Below are positions 25,803 to 32,000 of a stretch of 32,000 nucleotides of DNA, in pieces; positions within the stretch are counted from its first letter, which is position 1; each line of letters starts with the position of its first letter. The stretch is from NCBI GenBank assembly GCA_964577555.1, contig CAZNZM010000001.1, positions 1-32,000 of the forward strand, written 5' to 3'. Both the position numbers and the translations under genes were made by a program. A model generated the notes under the pieces. The model did not search any database. It was not told the origin of the DNA and was given only the letters and a program-made list of their open reading frames with translations. The stretch comes from an uncultured archaeon (GTDB taxonomy: Archaea; Iainarchaeota; Iainarchaeia; Iainarchaeales; Iainarchaeaceae).

Positions 25803-27542
25803 ATGAGAAAGCCCATAATTACTGTGCTTGGGCATGTGGATGCCGGAAAAACTAAAATGTTGGATGCTATCAGAGGCACGGCTATTGCTGAAAAGGAAGC
25901 CGGAGGAATAACTCAACATATTGGAGCCACTGAAGTGCCAATAAATGTAATAACCAAAATTGCAAAGCCGATAGCTGAAAAATACAAGTTTAACATAAAA
26001 ATTCCTGGGTTGCTTTTTATTGACACGCCAGGGCATGAAGCTTTCACCAACCTTCGTAAAAGAGGGGGCAGCATTGCGGATTTGTCGGTCTTAGTAGTTG
26101 ATATACATAACGGCTTGCAGGAGCAAACAATAGAAGCAATTGAAATTCTGAAAACTTATAAGTGCCCTTTTGTTGTTGCCGTCAACAAGATTGATACTAT
26201 TCAAGGTTGGATTGGAAAAGAGGGTTCTTTTTCGGAATCAATTGAAATGCAGAGGAAAGAAGTTGTTGAAGCTCTTGACGTTAAAATATATTCTATAGTG
26301 GGCCAATTGCATTCAAAGGGTTTTGCAAGCGAACGTTTTGACAGGGTGAAGGATTTTACAAAAGAAATAGCTATATTGCCTATTTCGGCAAAGGGAAGAA
26401 TAGGGATTCAAGAACTTTTGGTTTTTCTTGCGGCTCTTTCGCAACGTTATCTTGAAAAAAAACTTGAAATTCATGAAAAAGGAAATTGCAAGGGAACAGT
26501 ACTTGAGGTAAAGGAGGGGAAGGGGCTTGGGACTACGATTGATGTAATACTTTATGAAGGCAGGATAAGTGTTGGAGAAAAAATAATTGTAGGCGGAAGG
26601 AATGGAATAATAAGAACCAAAATAAGGGCTTTGCTTGAACCTAAACCAGTAGGAGACAAGAGTAATGAGAAGTATAATTGTGTGAAAGAGGTTCATGCTG
26701 CCGCAGGAGTAAAAATTTCTGCGCCAAGTCTTGATGATGCAATTTCCGGTTCTCCTTTGAGGCACGAATCTGAAGAAGCTGAAAAGGAAATAATGGATGA
26801 AATAAAAAAGGTAAAGTTTGAATCTGATGCTGTTGGGCCTATTGTGCGAAGCAATACCCTTGGAAGTCTTGAAGCTCTTGTAAAGTTGCTTCATGACAAG
26901 GGCATCAAAGTGAAAAAAGCTGATATTGGCGAAATTCAAAGGGTTGATGTGCTTGAGGTTCTTCCAGTAAGGGAAAAAGACAAGTTCAAAGGAGTGATAT
27001 TTGCTTTTCACACTGGCATATCAGAACAAGCAGAAGTTGAAGCAAAGAAAAGAGGGGTTAAGATATTCAAAAATGATGTGGTGTATAGGTTGCTTGAAGA
27101 GTACGATGCATGGATTTCTGCGGAAAAGGCAAATGAAAAAATGCAGAAGCTTTCAAACATTACTTTGCCAGCAAAGTTTGAAGTCCTCAGGGGTTTTGTA
27201 TTCAGAAGAAGCAATCCTGCAATTGTTGGAATAAAAGTTCTTGAAGGAAAACTGCGTAAAGGGGTTGAAGTAATAAATAAAGGCAAAATAGTTGGCAGGG
27301 TACAGTCATTACAAAGCGAGGGAAAAAATATTGAAGAAGCGGTAAAAGGCATGGAAATAGCCGTTTCTATTGAAGGAGGGGTTGTTGATAAAGGCTTTTC
27401 GGAAGGCGATATATTGTATAGTTTTATTCCATTAAGACAATTTTCCGAAATAGAAGACATTGTTGATGTTTTCTCAAAAGAAGAATTGCAGTTGCTTGGT
27501 GAAATCAAGATTATGAGCCAGGAAATTGAAGGGTATACATAA
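25803..27542 (+). CDS. infB: Translation initiation factor aIF5B (IF-2-like)
   Basis: ITVLGHVDAGKTKMLDAIRGTAIAEKEAGGITQHIGATEVP...GLLFIDTPGHEAFTNLRKRGG; start 25800 or 25803. Confidence 0.97.
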   Translation: MRKPIITVLGHVDAGKTKMLDAIRGTAIAEKEAGGITQHIGATEVPINVITKIAKPIAEKYKFNIKIPGLLFIDTPGHEAFTNLRKRGGSIADLSVLVVDIHNGLQEQTIEAIEILKTYKCPFVVAVNKIDTIQGWIGKEGSFSESIEMQRKEVVEALDVKIYSIVGQLHSKGFASERFDRVKDFTKEIAILPISAKGRIGIQELLVFLAALSQRYLEKKLEIHEKGNCKGTVLEVKEGKGLGTTIDVILYEGRISVGEKIIVGGRNGIIRTKIRALLEPKPVGDKSNEKYNCVKEVHAAAGVKISAPSLDDAISGSPLRHESEEAEKEIMDEIKKVKFESDAVGPIVRSNTLGSLEALVKLLHDKGIKVKKADIGEIQRVDVLEVLPVREKDKFKGVIFAFHTGISEQAEVEAKKRGVKIFKNDVVYRLLEEYDAWISAEKANEKMQKLSNITLPAKFEVLRGFVFRRSNPAIVGIKVLEGKLRKGVEVINKGKIVGRVQSLQSEGKNIEEAVKGMEIAVSIEGGVVDKGFSEGDILYSFIPLRQFSEIEDIVDVFSKEELQLLGEIKIMSQEIEGYT

Positions 27543-27555
27543 AGGAGGTTATGTG

Positions 27556-27951
27556 ATGAAATTAGTTGTTTCAGATCCGAAGTCAAGACAGGCTTATACA
27601 AAGACCGTGGAAAACGCTCAAATGTTTTTTGGCAAGAAAGTTGGCCAGGAGGTTGAGCTTGGCATTATAGGGCTTGAGGGTTATTCTGCAAAAATAACCG
27701 GCGGCTCTGACAAGCAGGGTTTTCCAATAAAACCTGATTTGGAGGGAGGCGCAAGAAAGAAAGTCCTTGTAACGTTAGATGCAAAAAAAGGTCAAAAAAA
27801 GAAAATTTCAAGGAGGGGCAATCTAGTGACTGATGAGATAGCTCAATTGAACCTTAAAATAGTTAAGTATGGGCCTAAACCGATTGAAGAGATTTTGGGC
27901 GGAGCCAATAAAGAGGTTTCAAAAAAGAAAGAAAGTGCAAAACCAAGTTGA
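27556..27951 (+). CDS. rps6e: 30S ribosomal protein S6e (eS6)
   Basis: MKLVVSDPKSRQAYTKTVENAQMFFGKKVGQEVELGIIGLEGYSAKITGGSDKQGFPIKPD; AAAGGAGGTT SD. Confidence 0.96.
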   Translation: MKLVVSDPKSRQAYTKTVENAQMFFGKKVGQEVELGIIGLEGYSAKITGGSDKQGFPIKPDLEGGARKKVLVTLDAKKGQKKKISRRGNLVTDEIAQLNLKIVKYGPKPIEEILGGANKEVSKKKESAKPS

Positions 27952-27965
27952 ATGGAGTTGAATAA

Positions 27966-29165
27966 ATGAAAAAACAAGGACAGCAAGCCGAAGTAAATAT
28001 TGGAATGATAGGGCATGTTGACCATGGAAAGACTTCTTTGGTCAAGGCGTTGACTGGGAAGTGGACAGATACCCATAGTGAAGAAGTAAAAAAAGGAATT
28101 TCTATTAGACTTGGTTATGCTGATGCCACATTTTACAAGTGTGATAAAGCGGTTGGGCCTGAAGGGTACAATTCAACAGGCAATTGTGATGGAATGGGAA
28201 AGGCAGTACCACTTAGAAGAGTATCATTCGTGGATGCTCCTGGGCATGAAACCCTCATGGCTACAATGCTTTCTGGTGCGGCTCTCATGCATGGCGCTGT
28301 GCTTGTGGTTGCCGCCAATGAAAAATGCCCACAACCAAGAACTGAAGAGCATTTAATGGCTCTCAAAATAGGCGGCATAAAAAATATAGTTGTTGCACAA
28401 AACAAAATAGACTTGGTGGATGAAAGCAGGGCAAAAGAAAGTTTTAATGAAATAAGGGCTTTTTTGAAACAATATGGTTATGATGATGCTCCAATAATTC
28501 CAATTTCTGCAAATCTTAACGTGAATATTGATTTGTTGATTGAAGCTATTGAAAAACACATTCCCACTCCAAAGCTTGACAAGGAAAAAAATTTCAAAAT
28601 GTTTGTCGCAAGGAGTTTTGATGTCAACAAGCCAGGCACAAAACCGGAAGACATTAAAGGCGGTGTCATAGGTGGTTCAATAATTTGCGGAAAACTCAAA
28701 GTAGGCGATGAAATAGAAATTTCTCCCGGCATTGGAAATGGGCCAATAAAAACAAAAGTTAATAGTCTTGGCGTGGATAATGGATTTATAGAAGAAGCAA
28801 CTCCCGGCGGTTTGATTGCAATAGGAACTGATTTGGATCCTTTTTACACTAAAAATGATGAAATGCGGGGCCAAGTTGCCGGCAAGCCAGGAACTTTGCC
28901 AAAACCTGTTTCAAATATCAAACTTGAAGTGCATGAAATAGAAAGGTTGATTGAAAAAAAAGGCGAAGGTTTCAAAGTGAATGATTATGTCGTGCTTGCA
29001 ATTGGAACAGCTACAATCATAGGGCAAATTTCAAGACAGGCTGGCAAAAACGAATTTGAATTTGTTCTTCGCAACCCGGCGATTGTAGAAAAAGGGGAAA
29101 AAGTAGCAATAAGCAAAAGAGAACAGAGTGGTTGGAGATTAAGAGGATACGGGATTTGCAAATAA
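27966..29165 (+). CDS. eif2g: Translation initiation factor 2 subunit gamma (aIF2gamma)
   Basis: EVNIGMIGHVDHGKTSLVKALTGKWTDTHSEEVKKGISIRLGYADATFYKC...RRVSFVDAPGHETLMATMLSGAALMHGAVLVVAANE. Confidence 0.97.
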   Translation: MKKQGQQAEVNIGMIGHVDHGKTSLVKALTGKWTDTHSEEVKKGISIRLGYADATFYKCDKAVGPEGYNSTGNCDGMGKAVPLRRVSFVDAPGHETLMATMLSGAALMHGAVLVVAANEKCPQPRTEEHLMALKIGGIKNIVVAQNKIDLVDESRAKESFNEIRAFLKQYGYDDAPIIPISANLNVNIDLLIEAIEKHIPTPKLDKEKNFKMFVARSFDVNKPGTKPEDIKGGVIGGSIICGKLKVGDEIEISPGIGNGPIKTKVNSLGVDNGFIEEATPGGLIAIGTDLDPFYTKNDEMRGQVAGKPGTLPKPVSNIKLEVHEIERLIEKKGEGFKVNDYVVLAIGTATIIGQISRQAGKNEFEFVLRNPAIVEKGEKVAISKREQSGWRLRGYGICK

Positions 29166-29179
29166 ACGAGGTGTGATTT

Positions 29180-29593
29180 TTGAAAGCGACTCAAACACAG
29201 GTTCAGAGCCAAGGCAATAAAACCATTATAGCTGTTGATACCAATATGTTGCTTAACATAGCCAGATTCAAAGTGGATTTTTTTAATGAAGCAAAAAAAT
29301 TGATTGGCAAAGCGGATTTTGTTTTACCAAACCAGATTGTTGAAGAATTGCAAAAATTGGCTCTTAAAAAAGGAAAAATAGGGGTTGAAGCCAAGATTGC
29401 GCTCCAAATTTTAGCAAAAAAAGGCATTAAAACGCGCCAAATCAACGATTTAAGCGCAGACGATGCCCTTTTAAAACTCGCGGAGCAATGCATAATAGCT
29501 ACCAATGATAGAAAATTAATGGCTTCTGTCAAAAGAATTGGGGGCAAAGTCTTGTTTTTAAGGCAACGTAAATTTTTACAATTAAAGGATTAG
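29180..29593 (+). CDS. PIN-domain protein (Fcf1/VapC9-like)
   Basis: IIAVDTNMLLNIARFKVDFFNEAKKLI...DLSADDALLKLAEQCIIATNDRKLMASVKRIGGKVLFLRQRKFL; conserved acidic residues of PIN nucleases; TTG start. Confidence 0.88.
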   Translation: MKATQTQVQSQGNKTIIAVDTNMLLNIARFKVDFFNEAKKLIGKADFVLPNQIVEELQKLALKKGKIGVEAKIALQILAKKGIKTRQINDLSADDALLKLAEQCIIATNDRKLMASVKRIGGKVLFLRQRKFLQLKD

Positions 29594-29604
29594 AGGTGAG
29601 CGGC

Positions 29605-30210
29605 ATGTACATGATTTACACAATTATGGATACAATAAGGGTTCCTCCTGCTGAATTGGGTGGAAATATAAATGAAGTTTTGTTAAAGCAAGCAAAATCG
29701 GTTTATGAGGGAGTGCTTGACGAAGACATGGGCATAATTATTGCAGTAACAGGAATTGAAAACGTTGGTGATGGAAGAATAGTGCCAGGCGACGGAGCCG
29801 CGTACTACGAAACAAACATTTCAATGCTGACTTACAAGCCGAAACTACAAGAGCTTATTGAGGGGGAAGTAACCGATGTCACAGAATTTGGAGCATTTGT
29901 AAAAACAGGGCCTATTGAAGGCCTAGTTCATGTAAGCCAAATAATGGATGATTACATAAACTACGATGCAAAGCTGCCTGGTTTTATAGGAAAAGAATCC
30001 AAAAAAAGGCTTGTAAAGAAAGACGTTGTCTTGGCAAGAGTTGCAACAGTAAGCCTGAAAGGCACAATAGCAAACTCCAAAGTAGGGCTTACTATGAGAC
30101 AATTAGGATTAGGAAAACCTGAATGGTTAAAAATTGATTTAAAAGAAAAAGCAAAGAAAAAAGAAAAAACAGACAAAACTGAAAAAAAGGAAAAACAAAA
30201 AAAGGAGTGA
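29605..30210 (+). CDS. rpoE1: DNA-directed RNA polymerase subunit E' (Rpo7), charged C-terminal tail
   Basis: MIYTIMDTIRVPPAELGGNINEVLLKQAKSVYEGVLDEDMGIIIAVTGIENVGDGRIVPGDGAAYYE... S1 domain; start 29596, 29605 or 29614 uncertain. Confidence 0.94.
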   Translation: MYMIYTIMDTIRVPPAELGGNINEVLLKQAKSVYEGVLDEDMGIIIAVTGIENVGDGRIVPGDGAAYYETNISMLTYKPKLQELIEGEVTDVTEFGAFVKTGPIEGLVHVSQIMDDYINYDAKLPGFIGKESKKRLVKKDVVLARVATVSLKGTIANSKVGLTMRQLGLGKPEWLKIDLKEKAKKKEKTDKTEKKEKQKKE

Positions 30211-30213
30211 AAA

Positions 30214-30414
30214 ATGATGAGACAGGAAAAAGCATGCAGGAGTTGCAGATACGTGCTTGAAGATAACAGTAATGTTTGCCCTGTTTGCGGCTCCAACCAA
30301 TTCACAACTTTTTGGAGAGGATACACTATAATACTAAACCCTGAAAAGTCCGAAATAGGACAAAAAATGGGAATAACAAAAGCAGGAAAATATGCATTAA
30401 GACTGAGCAGGTGA
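30214..30414 (+). CDS. spt4: Transcription elongation factor Spt4 (RpoE'')
   Basis: KACRSCRYVLEDNSNVCPVCGSNQFTTFWRGYTIILNPEKSEIGQKMGITKAGKYALRL. Confidence 0.95.
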   Translation: MMRQEKACRSCRYVLEDNSNVCPVCGSNQFTTFWRGYTIILNPEKSEIGQKMGITKAGKYALRLSR

Positions 30415-30420
30415 AAAAAA

Positions 30421-30735
30421 ATGGATGTTGAAATAATTTCAAGAAAAGAAAACAAAATATTAAACAGGCAAGAAGTTGGATTTTTGGTAAAAGGCGCAGG
30501 TGCGACGCCTTCAAGAAAAGAATTAAGAGAAAAAATCGCGGCGCTACTCAATGCCGACGAAAAAACAATTATTGTAGACGTGCTCAAAACAAGTTATGGT
30601 TCAACCGAATTAAAAGGAATTGCAAGAATATACAAAAACAAAAAAGATTTGGAAAGACTTGAACTTTCATACGTGATTGCAAGAAATTTTCCTGAAGAAA
30701 AGAAAACAACCGCAACCACGGCTCCAAACAAGTAA
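30421..30735 (+). CDS. rps24e: 30S ribosomal protein S24e (eS24)
   Basis: [68 protein letters not shown]. Confidence 0.95.
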   Translation: MDVEIISRKENKILNRQEVGFLVKGAGATPSRKELREKIAALLNADEKTIIVDVLKTSYGSTELKGIARIYKNKKDLERLELSYVIARNFPEEKKTTATTAPNK

Positions 30736-30749
30736 AGGCGGTAATTGGC

Positions 30750-30932
30750 ATGGCTGAAAAAACAAAAACACAAAAAGAATCAACCAAACAAAAAAAAGCG
30801 GATTATTATAAAATTGAAGGCGAAAAACTGGCAAGAAAAAAATATTGTCCTAAATGTGGCCCCGGCGTTTTCATGGCAGAACATGAAAAACGCAACCACT
30901 GCGGAAAATGCGGTTATACGGAATTCAAGTGA
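30750..30932 (+). CDS. rps27ae: 30S ribosomal protein S27ae (eS31)
   Basis: [30 protein letters not shown]; zinc site intact. Confidence 0.96.
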   Translation: MAEKTKTQKESTKQKKADYYKIEGEKLARKKYCPKCGPGVFMAEHEKRNHCGKCGYTEFK

Positions 30933-30941
30933 GGAACGCCA

Positions 30942-31499
30942 ATGCAATGGTGGCTTCAATTCCTGATTTTAGACTTTTTGCTTATAGCCACTCCTTTGGC
31001 TTACATTACATTTTTTGAAAGAAAAAAAATTTCAATAAAAAATATTAAAAAAGAATTCGGCTTGGAAAAAGGAGACATAAAAAAAGATTTGATTTTGTCA
31101 ATGCAAATATTCCTAAGCTTGATTGTCTTTTCAGCCGCCATATCATTTATTTTAAATCTTGCAGGATTCAACGACTTCAACCCTGTTAAAGATGCCATTA
31201 CAAACATAGTGCAATCAGAAAATTGGTTTTGGCTCACAAGTTATATTTTTACTATAAGGGTTTTTGGAGAAGAGTTTTTTTTCAGGGCGTTTTTAGTTCC
31301 AAGAATGGGGTTTTTTATCCCTGCATTGCTTTTCGGGGCAATGCACATAACGTACGGCTCCATTGCTGAATTCATAGGCGCTACTTTATTGGGCTTGATT
31401 CTTGGAATAGCATATGCTGAAAAAAAAAGACTTTTGTCAAATTTTGTGGCACACACAATTTACAACCTCGTAGTATTTTTTATTGTCCTGAAAATATGA
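30942..31499 (+). CDS. CPBP-family intramembrane protease-like protein
   Basis: Multi-TM; GEEFFFRAFLVPR (EExxxR) and FGAMH, VAHTIYN motifs. Confidence 0.82.
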   Translation: MQWWLQFLILDFLLIATPLAYITFFERKKISIKNIKKEFGLEKGDIKKDLILSMQIFLSLIVFSAAISFILNLAGFNDFNPVKDAITNIVQSENWFWLTSYIFTIRVFGEEFFFRAFLVPRMGFFIPALLFGAMHITYGSIAEFIGATLLGLILGIAYAEKKRLLSNFVAHTIYNLVVFFIVLKI

Positions 31500-31572
31500 G
31501 CCAAACTAAAAAAAAAATTTAATCTTATAAAAAAAACAATTATTTTAAAATTGAAAAATTCGCGGCGATAAA

Positions 31573-32000
31573 ATGAAAACAATAATAATCAGAATGAAAA
31601 AAAACAAGCCTGACAAAGAAAAAATAAAAATTGCGGCAAAAATAATCGCAAAAGGCGGGATAGTGGCTTTTCCAACGGAAACTGTTTATGGGCTTGGAGC
31701 AAATGCATTAAACGAAAAATCTGTGGCAAAAATATTCAAAGTAAAAGGCCGGCCTGCCGACAATCCTATAATAGTTCATGTTTCTTCAATTGAAGAAGCT
31801 GAAAAACTTGCTATGGAAATTAATCCAACAGCAAAAAAACTCGTAAAAAAGTTTTGGCCTGGTCCACTCACCATAATAGTAAAAGGCTCTGGAATTTTGC
31901 CGAAAAATGTTACTGCAGGACTAACAACAGTTGCTTTAAGAATGCCTTCAAACAAAATAGCGCTTGAATTGATAAAAGAAAGCAATTGTCCTATTGCTGC
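31573..32000 (+). CDS. Sua5/YciO/YrdC-family threonylcarbamoyl-AMP synthase, 5' part only (continues past window); absent from ORF track
   Basis: Hand-translated: [71 protein letters not shown]...[19 protein letters not shown]...[18 protein letters not shown], KGRPxxNPxxVH and WPGPLT motifs. Confidence 0.93.
   Translation, partial: [142 protein letters not shown]

Noticed and set aside
25800-27542. Intein in aIF5B
   Set aside because: ORF length (580 aa) and uninterrupted motifs show no insertion.

Overview
This is an archaeal information-processing locus. It reads as an almost continuous + strand run of ribosomal-protein, translation-factor and RNA polymerase subunit genes. Block A (826-20128) is a complete S10/spc-type order: L3-L4-L23-L2-S19-L22-S3-L29-aIF1-Rpp29-S17-L14-L24-S4e-L5-S14-S8-L6-L32e-L19e-L18-S5-L30-L15-SecY. 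It continues with DUF106/EMC3-like, L34e, L14e, S13, S4, S11, RpoD, a split tRNA-Leu(UAA), L18e, L13, S9, RpoN and S2. Next come a TrmB-family regulator, a frame-broken MscL-like remnant (- strand), gltX, a low-GC patch with one orphan ORF, and a DUF4389-like membrane protein. Block B (24084-30932) is L7Ae-S28e-L24e-Ndk-Dut-aIF5B-S6e-aIF2gamma-PIN-Rpo7-Spt4-S24e-S27ae, followed by a CPBP-family membrane protein and the 5' part of a Sua5/YrdC-type gene running off the window. Two genes absent from the supplied ORF track were found: S14 (8697-8855, 52 aa) and the partial Sua5/YrdC gene (31573-end). The small protein sizes and missing enzyme genes hint at a reduced (DPANN-like) archaeon, but that placement is inference. 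No CRISPR array, mobile element or clear novel multi-gene system is visible. The most notable observations are loss of zinc-ligand cysteines in L24e, L34e and aIF2gamma, absence of the enzyme genes normally interspersed in these clusters, a 71-nt tRNA intron, the decayed MscL-like gene, a T-poor A-rich region with degenerate repeats at the left edge, and a recurring GTGATTTTTATG start-site motif.
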